This document shows positions 18,777 to 28,532 of a stretch of DNA of 64,000 nt, piece by piece (position 1 is the first letter of the stretch; each line of letters begins with the position of its first letter). The stretch comes from a virus: positions 1 to 64,000 of IMG/VR virus record IMGVR_UViG_3300010885_015027. One strand, 5' to 3'. The position numbers and the translations under genes were made by a program. Under the pieces are notes generated by a model that saw only the letters and a list, made by a program, of their open reading frames with translations, had not been told where the DNA came from and made no database searches.

Positions 18777-19745
18777 ATGAATGTGAATAAAGATGTTTCG
18801 CCACTATATTCTCAGATGAAAGCGTATATTACAATTGGACTTCCTGCGTCTGGTAAGTCGACTTGGGCAAAAGAATTCTGTGACACTAACTCGATTACTC
18901 GAGTTAATAACGACGAAATTCGCAATCATCTATATCTACAACAAGGCCATAGAAATTGGTCTCGAAAATTAGAGTCGGTCGTTCATTCAACCCGAGAAAT
19001 CATGATCGCCGATCTTGCTATTACTTGTGCTGATGTGGTGATTGATAATACACATCTGAATCCAAAAACACTGAATGAAACGATCTCCTTCTGTGAGAGT
19101 GTGGGTTATAGTGTCGAATTAATTGATTTTAGACATGTTTCTCTTGAGGAATGTCTTAGACGTGATGCCTTGCGTGAAGGACACACTCAGGTTGGCGAGA
19201 AAGTTATTCTTGATATGTTCAATAAATTTTTGAAGACCCCAGCAGATCGTGATCTACCAGCTTGGGTTCCATCAAATCTTCCAGATTGTATTATCGTGGA
19301 TATCGACGGAACTCTTGCGAAGATGAAAGATCGTGGGCCGTACGAAGAGGCTAAGGTCTATCAAGACGATGTCCGGAAACATGTTTTGTTCACGATTCTA
19401 TCTATGATGAATTCGAATCCAGAATTGAAAGTATTTGTCTTTTCTGGAAGATCCGAGAAAGCTGTAAGCCCAACAGTAAAATGGCTCAATGATAAGTGCG
19501 GACTTGGTGTTGTAAATCATAAGAATTCCGATTTTATCTTTGATAATGAAATCGAATTGCATATGCGCAAAGAAGGCGACCGTCGTCGGGATTCTATTAT
19601 CAAAAAAGAACTGTTTGACTTATATGTGAAAGAACGGTATAATATACTTGCGGTCTTTGACGATAGGCCACAAGTGATTCGCGAATGTTGGAAAGCACTC
19701 AATCTTCCCATTTTCATGTGTGGGATGATAGATGTTGAATTTTAA
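18777..19745 (+). CDS. pseT: polynucleotide 5'-kinase/3'-phosphatase
   Basis: GLPASGKST, DIDGT, SGR, FDDRPQV. Confidence 0.95.
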   Translation: MNVNKDVSPLYSQMKAYITIGLPASGKSTWAKEFCDTNSITRVNNDEIRNHLYLQQGHRNWSRKLESVVHSTREIMIADLAITCADVVIDNTHLNPKTLNETISFCESVGYSVELIDFRHVSLEECLRRDALREGHTQVGEKVILDMFNKFLKTPADRDLPAWVPSNLPDCIIVDIDGTLAKMKDRGPYEEAKVYQDDVRKHVLFTILSMMNSNPELKVFVFSGRSEKAVSPTVKWLNDKCGLGVVNHKNSDFIFDNEIELHMRKEGDRRRDSIIKKELFDLYVKERYNILAVFDDRPQVIRECWKALNLPIFMCGMIDVEF

Positions 19746-19767
19746 TTAAAATGAGGATAACTAATAA

Positions 19768-19992
19768 ATGACAAAGATGACACTAAATGAAATGACGCAG
19801 AAAGAACGAGTATTGCATATTCTAACTCGCCAAAATCGACAGAATACTCTGACTGTCCGTCAAGCAAGGAAGGACCATAATATTGCTAATGTTCGAGCAG
19901 TAGTTTCTAGTTTGCGACGGGATGGTTTCGAAATCCAAACCCGATTTAAGACTAATCGAGATGGTGCCGTAGAATTATTCTACGCACTATAA
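19768..19992 (+). CDS. small winged-HTH protein
   Basis: TQKERVL..LTVRQA..I.NVRAVVSSLRRDGFEI. Confidence 0.65.
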   Translation: MTKMTLNEMTQKERVLHILTRQNRQNTLTVRQARKDHNIANVRAVVSSLRRDGFEIQTRFKTNRDGAVELFYAL

Positions 19993-20002
19993 ATAAAAAC
20001 TG

Positions 20003-20024
20003 ATGGGGCGAAAGCCCCATTTTT
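20003..20024 (+). terminator. intrinsic terminator
   Basis: ATGGGGC-GAAA-GCCCCAT-TTTT. Confidence 0.85.
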
Positions 20025-20039
20025 ACATTAAATTAATAT

Positions 20040-20447
20040 ATGCTATTGAAAACCATAATGAATTCCAAAATTTCAGATACAATGATTAATCAGATCATTC
20101 TAGATCCGAAAGGAATCGCGATGATGATGAATATTTCATTTTTAATCAATATCTTCATGTTCGTTGTTTCGATTTTATCAGTATCATATCTGTGTGTTGT
20201 CCGCCCGGAAAATCCTCTTTTCTATTTCTTGCCGGCATTTCTAGTTGTTTTCTATTTCAAAACAATCTTCGCATACAGAGAATATTTCGTGGTATTCATT
20301 GATGCATTTAATTTGCAATATGATATCTTAAAAAAGATTTCTACTATGAGTGATGAAGAACAAGAATCGTTTTTCTTTGGAATAGATAAAGATATAAAGA
20401 ACAAATTTCTTTCGTATAAAAAGGAGACTTCTGATGAAGAAAACTGA
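20040..20447 (+). CDS. membrane protein
   Basis: Two hydrophobic segments. Confidence 0.6.
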   Translation: MLLKTIMNSKISDTMINQIILDPKGIAMMMNISFLINIFMFVVSILSVSYLCVVRPENPLFYFLPAFLVVFYFKTIFAYREYFVVFIDAFNLQYDILKKISTMSDEEQESFFFGIDKDIKNKFLSYKKETSDEEN

Positions 20448-20709
20448 TTTAAAACTTCTCATCGAGAATCAGAGAAAGATTGTAGTCTCATTAGAGTATT
20501 ACTTCCTAGCATCTGGTTATCTTCCTTCTAAAGACGAACCTCTACAACATCATTTACATAATCTCTGGGCGATAACAGAATTAATTGGCGAATCTTTCGA
20601 TTTAGATTTAATCAGTTTACCAGAAATTATTAAAGAAGGGCAACTCCAGAATGGTATAAATAATATGCATCGGATGGGAAAACATGATGACAAAAATACA
20701 ATTAACTGA
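20434..20709 (+). CDS. hypothetical protein
   Basis: AAGGAG Shine-Dalgarno; overlapping operon. Confidence 0.6.
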   Translation: MKKTDLKLLIENQRKIVVSLEYYFLASGYLPSKDEPLQHHLHNLWAITELIGESFDLDLISLPEIIKEGQLQNGINNMHRMGKHDDKNTIN

Positions 20710-20974
20710 TTGCGCAAAATTCAAGGATACTAATGTCTTTTGCATCCTGGTCTTTGGTGACACAACTTCTGTTTTGACAAAGACACTTTTTACATTGATG
20801 ACTTCTTTCGAAGTTCCAGTTCGTGTTATCGATACTGAAGAAAATCTTCTTACATATTCTGAATTCAGAATTAGAACCACACCTTCCGTCCACATTTATA
20901 AGAATTCTGAAATTGTTGGTAATTTTTCTCTTCCTATAGATATTGAAGGAGTGAAACAATGTTTGAAAACTTAA
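20684..20974 (+). CDS. thioredoxin-fold protein lacking CxxC
   Basis: ID.EE....FRIRTTPSV.IYKN pattern. Confidence 0.5.
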   Translation: MMTKIQLTDCAKFKDTNVFCILVFGDTTSVLTKTLFTLMTSFEVPVRVIDTEENLLTYSEFRIRTTPSVHIYKNSEIVGNFSLPIDIEGVKQCLKT

Positions 20975-21669
20975 ACAAGATCTCGGTAATATTAAAGAAT
21001 TTAAGTATTGTCGCATTCTTTTGCGCTAGTATCTTCTTATTGGTGAAAATTTCTGCCACAGTCAACACTGTTGAAAATGAATTCTTACAAACTAATAATA
21101 TGATTCGAACGGAAATTCCCATACTCCGTGAAGAATTGATGCAGACTGCAAATAATACCATTACTAAGATTGATAAACGTATCTACTCAGTAGAGAAAGC
21201 TCTATTTTCAAGAATCGATGTTATCGAAAATAAAACTTTTAAATCTATCGATCGATTACAATCGAATATAGATAATTTAACAGAAGAATCTATCGCTCTG
21301 TCAAAAGATTACAGAACTATTCCTGTAAGTCTTAATACATTTATGACACCCATTAATTCTAAGATGTCTTGTAAATTTAATGATTCGTGTTGGCCTAATC
21401 TATTCACTGATGTGTTAATAGATACAAGGAATACAGCAAGAACTGCTTCCAGTTCTTTTATTTTGTTTAACAGAGAAATTCCTAAGATTACTTCTGACAT
21501 CAATAAATTATCCACATCGTTTTCAGTTGGACTTCCAACTATTATAGACAATACATCAAAAGTCACAGACAACATTAACAGACTAACGAAACCAAAATGG
21601 TACGATCGTCTCATCGGCGCAGGTGTGAACGGATCCATGATATGGTTCAATATCAATCGCGCAAAATAA
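20959..21669 (+). CDS. membrane-anchored coiled-coil protein
   Basis: N-terminal transmembrane segment then heptad region. Confidence 0.65.
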   Translation: MFENLNKISVILKNLSIVAFFCASIFLLVKISATVNTVENEFLQTNNMIRTEIPILREELMQTANNTITKIDKRIYSVEKALFSRIDVIENKTFKSIDRLQSNIDNLTEESIALSKDYRTIPVSLNTFMTPINSKMSCKFNDSCWPNLFTDVLIDTRNTARTASSSFILFNREIPKITSDINKLSTSFSVGLPTIIDNTSKVTDNINRLTKPKWYDRLIGAGVNGSMIWFNINRAK

Positions 21670-21700
21670 ATATAAATATTAACAGGAGATATTTAAAAAT

Positions 21701-22069
21701 ATGAAATGGATAAAGAATGTATTCAATTCTGCAAGCAGTTTTTTTGGAAAGCTTTTCGATACCGATTCGGACGGATTTCTAGTTCTAATCGAAAAGATTT
21801 CGCCACTCGTGAATAAAGCGTATCCAATTGTGAAGAAGATTGCAGCACTGACCCCAAATAAAACAGATGATGCTATTCTAGCTGCATATGAATCAATGGG
21901 ATTTATTGGTGTATTTGAAGCAGGATCAGACAAGAGTCTGGCTCTTCGCGATCTAGCTAAGAAGGCACTCACTGCTGCGCATCCCGATCCAGTTGCTGAT
22001 TATTTAGCACATGCTGCTATTGAATTAGCTTATTCCAAATTTAAAGAAACTTCGAAAAAGAATGAATAA
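21701..22069 (+). CDS. hypothetical protein
   Basis: AGGAG Shine-Dalgarno; TATAAATA upstream. Confidence 0.7.
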   Translation: MKWIKNVFNSASSFFGKLFDTDSDGFLVLIEKISPLVNKAYPIVKKIAALTPNKTDDAILAAYESMGFIGVFEAGSDKSLALRDLAKKALTAAHPDPVADYLAHAAIELAYSKFKETSKKNE

Positions 22070-22301
22070 TTGGACTAAATTTCTGCGGTCCATAGAAAGT
22101 GAAGGAGGATCTGTATTAATATTGATCCTCCTGATCATTATCTTTGCTGCATTTGTGAAATTAGGATTCAAGGATGTAGAGTCGCAGCTGTATTTTATTC
22201 TAGGTGCACTTGTTGGAATGTTGAAATCGCGAGGAATGCATGCAGCGGATAAAGATCCCAAAGAACCAATCATTGATCCTGATTCTTCCAAGAAACCTTA
22301 G
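22062..22301 (+). CDS. small two-TM protein (holin-like)
   Basis: Two hydrophobic helices and a charged C-tail. Confidence 0.5.
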   Translation: MNNWTKFLRSIESEGGSVLILILLIIIFAAFVKLGFKDVESQLYFILGALVGMLKSRGMHAADKDPKEPIIDPDSSKKP

Positions 22302-22378
22302 TTAAATTTCCATCCAAAATTCGATATTGACTTTTTTTGTTGGAATACGGTATAATAGATGTGTAGGGAGAATTAATT

Positions 22379-22882
22379 ATGAGTGCATTGCAATATTATA
22401 AAATATACGATGATGTCGTTGATCCGAATTATGCGACAGAATCATCTGCTTGTTTTGATATCAGGTCTTATCTGAAAAATGGTAATAGGGTCCGATGTTA
22501 CACTCCATCAAACAGAGAAATTTCGGTCGCAGTTACGGAGAATGCAGTCACGATCAAGCCAGGTGACAGAATGTTGATTCCAACAGGTCTAATCTTCGAT
22601 ATTCCGAAGGATTATTCTGTTAGGATTCATATTCGCTCTTCCGTGGCATTAAAACAAGGTTTATTTCTTGCCAATTCAGAAGGAATAGTTGATTCTGATT
22701 ATTTCCATGAAACATTTGTAATCTTAGCGAATAAGAGTAATAATACAGTTTCGATTAAAGATGGTGAGAGAATTGCGCAAGGTGAACTTGTTAAGATAGA
22801 GTCATCCCTGTTAACTCGAACTTTAGTGAAACCAGAACAGTCAACCGACAGAGTCGGTGGAATTGGTTCTACAGGTAAATAA
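22379..22882 (+). CDS. dut: dUTPase
   Basis: RSS, GIVDSDY, RIAQ, RVGGIGSTG. Confidence 0.93.
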   Translation: MSALQYYKIYDDVVDPNYATESSACFDIRSYLKNGNRVRCYTPSNREISVAVTENAVTIKPGDRMLIPTGLIFDIPKDYSVRIHIRSSVALKQGLFLANSEGIVDSDYFHETFVILANKSNNTVSIKDGERIAQGELVKIESSLLTRTLVKPEQSTDRVGGIGSTGK

Positions 22883-22884
22883 TA

Positions 22885-23886
22885 ATGATTTTAAATCGTG
22901 ATGAATGTTTAGATTTTGATGATGTTATGATCGAACCCAAGATTACTCAGATCTCTTCAAGATCTGAAGTGGATCTTGAATATGTCTATGTTAGACCTTA
23001 TGATGATAAAAAGATTTCCTGGAAAGGAATCCCTATCATTACGGCAAATATGGATAAAATTGGGACACTTAAAGTTTCACGAGTCTTATCAGAATATAAG
23101 ATTTTGACTTTTTTACATAAATATCACACTGTAGATGATTTGAGAGGAAATGATTATGATTCTGAATATATTGGCATTTCTGCTGGGATTTCTCCTAGTG
23201 AATTTGAGAATGTTACACAAATATTAGCTTACAATCCAAACATTAAATTTATTTGTTTAGATGTTGCTAATGGATATATGTCTACCTTCCATGAAGTAGT
23301 TAAGAAGTATGCAATCAGCTTTCCGGATGTCTTCATAGTTGCAGGTAATGTTGTCGAACATTACGGTTCCGAAGCTCTGAAGCGATCAGGTGCAGACTTA
23401 ATTAAATGTGGTATTGGATCTGGTGCTGTGTGCACAACAAGAGCAAAAACTGGAGTCGGTTTACCACAGTTTTCTTGTATCGAAAAATGCACCAAACATA
23501 TGGGCAGTTATCCATTCCGCATGGATATTATTTCTGATGGTGGTTGCAAGACACCGGGAGATATCGCGAAAGCTTTCGGAGCTGGAGCTAAGTTTGTTAT
23601 GATCGGTGGAATGCTTGCCGGACATGATGAAACTGGAACTGAATTTTATGGTATGTCTTCTGATGAAGCAATGAAGGCATATTCCGATGGGCCGAGTTCG
23701 TATAGAACATCAGAAGGAAAGAGAGTTAATATAGAATCAAAAGGACCTCTTGTAAATACAATTAAAGATATTCTCGGTGGTCTCAGATCTGCTCTTTCGT
23801 ATACAAATTCCAAAACTATGGCAGATTTCATTGGAAAACAGACATTTAATGTAGTTCGACGACAGATGAATAATTTATTTGATTAA
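22885..23886 (+). CDS. guaC: GMP reductase
   Basis: LDFDDV, ANMD, DVANGY, GIGSGAVCTTR, SDGG, FYGMSS, SEGK. Confidence 0.93.
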   Translation: MILNRDECLDFDDVMIEPKITQISSRSEVDLEYVYVRPYDDKKISWKGIPIITANMDKIGTLKVSRVLSEYKILTFLHKYHTVDDLRGNDYDSEYIGISAGISPSEFENVTQILAYNPNIKFICLDVANGYMSTFHEVVKKYAISFPDVFIVAGNVVEHYGSEALKRSGADLIKCGIGSGAVCTTRAKTGVGLPQFSCIEKCTKHMGSYPFRMDIISDGGCKTPGDIAKAFGAGAKFVMIGGMLAGHDETGTEFYGMSSDEAMKAYSDGPSSYRTSEGKRVNIESKGPLVNTIKDILGGLRSALSYTNSKTMADFIGKQTFNVVRRQMNNLFD

Positions 23887-23888
23887 TT

Positions 23889-24287
23889 ATGAAAAAGATC
23901 TTCAATGACTTAGTATCATGGGCTTTTAACGAATACGATATTGAAGTTCAGATTGACTCCACATATTATGAGTTTGCACAAACGAAAGAAGAAGATAGAA
24001 TTGTAAATGGTATTGCAGGTGCCGATGGTTATATTACTCTCTATGTAGATCGAAAAAACATAGAGGCCTCTTGGGACAAATTAACTTCTATGTTAATACA
24101 CGAAATAGGTCATGTTATTCTATTTCAAGAAGATAAATGTTGGCATACAGAAAAACAAGCTTGGATTTGTGGAATACAAACAGTTCCAAAGAAATTTCAC
24201 CCGAAAGATCTGGGCATCCATTGTCAGGAATGTCTGGAAACTTACAATTATGTCCGATTTGGTTGGATTTCTAAGGCAATACTTTGA
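23889..24287 (+). CDS. HExxH metallopeptidase-like protein
   Basis: LIHEIGH..HTEKQAW; paralog at 37475. Confidence 0.65.
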   Translation: MKKIFNDLVSWAFNEYDIEVQIDSTYYEFAQTKEEDRIVNGIAGADGYITLYVDRKNIEASWDKLTSMLIHEIGHVILFQEDKCWHTEKQAWICGIQTVPKKFHPKDLGIHCQECLETYNYVRFGWISKAIL

Positions 24288-24355
24288 ATATCTGTATTTT
24301 ATAAATAGATATATATCCTACAATTATAGCTATAGGGATCAAGGAGAAATATCAC

Positions 24356-25087
24356 ATGCCACTATGGGGAAATAAAGAAGTAAAATTTCTATCAGGAACA
24401 TCAGTTAACACAATCGGTGCAACAGGTGTAACTTTAATCGGCTCAACAGGCGCATTATTTTTATCAGAAGTCAGATCTGGAGATCTATTCGTACAAGGGC
24501 CAACTTCGCAGAAAGCTGAAGTCCTTACTGTAAATTCTAATTTTTCTATTACATTGGCCAGTGCAATATATCTAGCAGCCGGTTCAACTGGATTTTTCGT
24601 TTCTGAGATGCCAAAATATCTTTCTGAAACAGAAAAGAAGACACAAACATTCGGTGTAGATACAAAAGAAATGGGCGCAACTGGACCCACAGGTACCAAA
24701 ATCAATCCAGGTCCAGGACATGCTGGATGGGTTAAAGTTGTTCAACAATCAGGATATGTTTCATCAGTTTCGTTAAACACAACTGGTGCTACTGGATATA
24801 ATCCAGCTGTTCTTCCAAATGTTAGTTTTTCTGGAACAGGTGGTGCTTCTGGTGTTGCTGTTGTTTCTTCTGCTGGGGCTGTTACATCGGTTACAGTAAC
24901 AAATGCTGGTTCTTACACAACTACTGCGCCAACTGTTACAATCGGTTCTACCGGGGCAACTGGTGTAGTCGGAACAGTTATCATGGGTGGAAGATTTAAT
25001 CGTAAGATTCATGAAACTTTAGTTGCTTTGCGTGTTCCTGCGGCGACAATGGGTGACGCTGAAGATACGATCTTCCCAGACGCATAA
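24356..25087 (+). CDS. virion structural protein (G/T/S-rich)
   Basis: Late promoter TATAAATA near 24300; MPLWG..HAGWV..ETLVA frame typical of T4-like structural proteins. Confidence 0.65.
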   Translation: MPLWGNKEVKFLSGTSVNTIGATGVTLIGSTGALFLSEVRSGDLFVQGPTSQKAEVLTVNSNFSITLASAIYLAAGSTGFFVSEMPKYLSETEKKTQTFGVDTKEMGATGPTGTKINPGPGHAGWVKVVQQSGYVSSVSLNTTGATGYNPAVLPNVSFSGTGGASGVAVVSSAGAVTSVTVTNAGSYTTTAPTVTIGSTGATGVVGTVIMGGRFNRKIHETLVALRVPAATMGDAEDTIFPDA

Positions 25088-25096
25088 TTGATAACC

Positions 25097-25122
25097 AAGG
25101 GGAACTTCACGGTTCCCCTTTT
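25097..25122 (+). terminator. intrinsic terminator
   Basis: AAGGGGAAC..GTTCCCCTTTT. Confidence 0.8.
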
Positions 25123-25323
25123 ATTAGGATAATTTATGATTGAAATATGTAAAATTCTATTTATGTTGATAATTGTTTGGATTGTAGCATACGTTCTTGA
25201 TTTAATTGGAAAACGAACGAATCTATTTTAAATGCTTGCTAATTTATTGTAAATAAGGTATAATAAATATATGTGGAATGCCTAATTGGATTCCATAATA
25301 TAACTCGCTTTAAATAGGAGACA

Positions 25324-25770
25324 ATGATGACAATCAGACGAATTAACTTAGATAATTTAGACGCAACACTTCCACCACCCCTCTTTTCTTATAATGATGT
25401 AACTTCCTTCTGGACTCAGGAAGCCAAATTAAATGGTTCATTTCCACCATATAATCTTTCAAAGAATTCAGATTCAACAGCCTTCAATCTTAAATTAGCG
25501 ATTGCCGGATTCGGTCCAGAAGACATTTCTGTATCCGTTGAAGATAATCATCTAATTATCAAAGGGGATGCTGAGACTCTGACTCTTGATACAGGCAATA
25601 CTTATGTTCATAAGGGAATTGCTGAGAGATCGTTTACAAGATCTTTCACATTAGGGGATTATGTTGAGGTGAAAGATGTATCTTATAAAAATGGTATTCT
25701 AGATGTCTATATGGAACTAGTCTTACCAGAACATAAGAAACCGAAACAGTTTCAAATTACAAATAAGTAA
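25324..25770 (+). CDS. hsp20: small heat-shock protein
   Basis: FPPYN, AIAGF, HKGIAERSFTRSF, NGIL. Confidence 0.93.
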   Translation: MMTIRRINLDNLDATLPPPLFSYNDVTSFWTQEAKLNGSFPPYNLSKNSDSTAFNLKLAIAGFGPEDISVSVEDNHLIIKGDAETLTLDTGNTYVHKGIAERSFTRSFTLGDYVEVKDVSYKNGILDVYMELVLPEHKKPKQFQITNK

Positions 25771-25823
25771 AAAAATGGGGAACTCCGGTTCCCCAAAATT
25801 AATCTATAACAGGTATTGAATAC

Positions 25824-26090
25824 ATGAAAATTTTGAAATTTGGCGCCGAATGGTGTGCCGCTTGTAAAGCTCTAGAACCCATTATTACTGATTTAATCAC
25901 TCAAAATTTGGATCATGAATTTATTTCAATCGATGTTGATGATCCTGACTCTTCGGAAATAACACAACAATATAAGATTAAATCGATTCCAACAACCATT
26001 TTTGCGAATCGTCGTGACGAAGAATTGTTCAGATTTACTGGTGTAAAGAAGAAGAATCAGATCCAGGAATATATTGACGAGCTGTCGTAA
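25824..26090 (+). CDS. thioredoxin
   Basis: F.AEWCAACK, IKSIPT. Confidence 0.88.
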   Translation: MKILKFGAEWCAACKALEPIITDLITQNLDHEFISIDVDDPDSSEITQQYKIKSIPTTIFANRRDEELFRFTGVKKKNQIQEYIDELS

Positions 26091-26261
26091 ATGACTGACA
26101 AGGAAAAAAAATATACAAATATGAAGAACTTCTACATACGATACAAATGTATGCAGAAGTAAATATGGATAACGAGAAATTATCTAATATTATAAGTAAT
26201 ATTTGTAGATGGTCGTACGTTCACAGAATAGGCAACGGCGAATTAAGTGAGGAACAGCAAA

Positions 26262-26885
26262 ATGATTACATTAGAAAAGCTTTCGACAAATTACTCGAAA
26301 TTAAAAGAAAAAATTGAAGACATTATTTTAGATGTTATTGCTGAGTACAAGAACATAGCTGACTGGTGTGCATACAGGACTGTGCGAAAATATCACATTG
26401 TTGATACGAAATTGAAACCTGGTTATCATGAATCTGATACACTTATCATGCACTCAGTTTTTTCGATTCTAGTAGATTTTGTAGAGATGCAAAAAGCTTG
26501 GATGCATGTAATCTGTGATGATGATTTATATTGCAAATTATCATGGTTTGAAAGAAAATTTCGATATCAAAATTTCCGTTCTGCCCAATATGGTATTGCT
26601 TATCTAAACTGGGAAATAACCGAAACTAATGCAAGACAATCGGAAGCTGCACAAGAAATCTTAGATCTATACACTTGGTGGACAGTAACACGTCCACAAA
26701 GAGTAGATCCTGCCGTCTTATGTGGTTATAATGATGTGTTTACTGATAGTCTAACATCTGCAGAGAGGTTAACTAAATTATCACCAATACTTAGAAATAT
26801 GAACAAGATTGAAGATAAGTATGAAAAGGAAGACGAGAAGATGATGATTCGTCTGATTAAAGTGAGGATATCACTGTGGACGTAA
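26262..26885 (+). CDS. conserved phage hypothetical protein
   Basis: LVDFVE..EILDLYTWWT..RP..RLIKVRISLWT. Confidence 0.7.
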   Translation: MITLEKLSTNYSKLKEKIEDIILDVIAEYKNIADWCAYRTVRKYHIVDTKLKPGYHESDTLIMHSVFSILVDFVEMQKAWMHVICDDDLYCKLSWFERKFRYQNFRSAQYGIAYLNWEITETNARQSEAAQEILDLYTWWTVTRPQRVDPAVLCGYNDVFTDSLTSAERLTKLSPILRNMNKIEDKYEKEDEKMMIRLIKVRISLWT

Positions 26886-27130
26886 CTAATTTAGAAGAAT
26901 CCATTTATGAGAGACCGCTGTCTGTAAGCGGAGATCTATTAGTTGGGACAACATATTTAAAGGTCAACAATAATTCCCATTGTGAATGGGCCAGATTAAA
27001 GGATGATTTCAAAACCTTGATCATTAATCCTGATAATATGTCTTCAGATATTAATATAATTATTCAGATCAGAGAAAAAGAATATTCGATTACCCGAGAA
27101 CAAATTAAGTCCCTTGTGGATAAAATATGA
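26876..27130 (+). CDS. hypothetical protein
   Basis: ORF in operon. Confidence 0.45.
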   Translation: MDVTNLEESIYERPLSVSGDLLVGTTYLKVNNNSHCEWARLKDDFKTLIINPDNMSSDINIIIQIREKEYSITREQIKSLVDKI

Positions 27131-27747
27131 CAAAAGAATTAATGGATCCAATTTTAAAAGCTTTCGTTACTTGCGGAATAGATAATATCTATCTACAGAA
27201 AGCTATCCTTGCTAATATAGAAAAAGAGTGTGGAGGAATTCCTTCTGCGGAAAATCTAAATTATTCTAAAACTTCTAATACAAGAATTAGATCTATTTTT
27301 GGTTCCAGAGTTGCGTCTTTTTCTGAAGAAGAACTTAATAATGTAAAGAAAACACCAGAATCATTTGCAGAAGTTGTTTATGGTGCCAAGACTACTGTTG
27401 GACGATCGATGGGTAATCTGGAACCTGGTGATGGATGGAAATATCGTGGGAGAGGATATATCCAATTAACTGGAAAGGCTAATTATTCATCAAATGGAAA
27501 AGCTAATGGTTTCGATTTAATCAATAATCCAGATATTCTGGTTAATGATAGAATATCTTCTGCTATTGTTTCTGTTAACTTTGTTAAGCGAGGATTGGCT
27601 AAAGTAATCACTTTTGATTCACAAGAATCAGCTAATCGAGCTGTCACACAAGTAATCGGTGGACGAGGATTAAATCTCGATTCGGGGTACGGCGCAGAAT
27701 TGCTCGCAAAAGTAGACAAGTTTGCGACAGATATAAACTTTTCATGA
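27127..27747 (+). CDS. glycoside hydrolase family 19 endolysin
   Basis: ENLNYS, GDGWKYRGRGYIQLTGKANY. Confidence 0.9.
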   Translation: MTKELMDPILKAFVTCGIDNIYLQKAILANIEKECGGIPSAENLNYSKTSNTRIRSIFGSRVASFSEEELNNVKKTPESFAEVVYGAKTTVGRSMGNLEPGDGWKYRGRGYIQLTGKANYSSNGKANGFDLINNPDILVNDRISSAIVSVNFVKRGLAKVITFDSQESANRAVTQVIGGRGLNLDSGYGAELLAKVDKFATDINFS

Positions 27748-28493
27748 AATATTGCGTCAATGCGTTGATTATGTCAGATCTGCATTTGGGTACACATGCA
27801 TGCAATGCAGATCTGATTATTTCTGTACTTAAATATTTTGATGCCAAGATTATAATCTTAAATGGCGACGTCATAGATTTCTGGCAACTTAGTAACACAA
27901 GATCATGGAAAAAAGAACATAATGATATCTTAAGGATACTATTTAAAATAGCCAGAGATGGAAAAACCATAATATATTGTACTGGTAATCATGACGAAAT
28001 CTTAAGAGATTTCAGTCCATTTTCTTTAGACAATATTCACGTTGTTGATCGATATGAATATATTTCAGAAGTCAATAGAATACTGATCGTGCATGGTGAC
28101 GCATTCGATTTTGTTATCAAATCTAATAAATGGTTGGCCAAAATTGGATCCATTGCATACGATTTTCTGATTATTGTTAATAGATATTTCAATAAGTTTA
28201 GAAAAGCCATTGGATTAGATTATTGGTCTCTTTCAAAATATCTCAAAACAGAAACCAAAAAGAGAATTGGGATCCTACATCAATTCGATAAATTAGTTGT
28301 GGCTTATGCAAAAGAAGAAGGTTTCGATAAGGTATGTGTTGGCCACATACACATACCAGAATCCAGGATGATCGAAGGTGTGCAATACATAAACACTGGA
28401 GATATGTGTGAAACAGGTTCGTTTTTAATTGAAACACTTGACGGTCGCTTGCAATTGATAACGGATTTCGAACAGTTTAAACGTAAATTGTAA
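27744..28493 (+). CDS. LpxH-like metallophosphoesterase
   Basis: SDLHLG, GDVIDFW, GNHD, HGD, GHIH, NTGD. Confidence 0.85.
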   Translation: MKYCVNALIMSDLHLGTHACNADLIISVLKYFDAKIIILNGDVIDFWQLSNTRSWKKEHNDILRILFKIARDGKTIIYCTGNHDEILRDFSPFSLDNIHVVDRYEYISEVNRILIVHGDAFDFVIKSNKWLAKIGSIAYDFLIIVNRYFNKFRKAIGLDYWSLSKYLKTETKKRIGILHQFDKLVVAYAKEEGFDKVCVGHIHIPESRMIEGVQYINTGDMCETGSFLIETLDGRLQLITDFEQFKRKL

Positions 28494-28532
28494 GAGTTGC
28501 TTTTTTTGTTACGATAAGGTATAATAGTTACT

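Noticed and set aside
20959-22301. Spanin/holin lysis cassette
   Set aside because: Only transmembrane patterns support it; no clear lipobox, and the endolysin lies about 5 kb away
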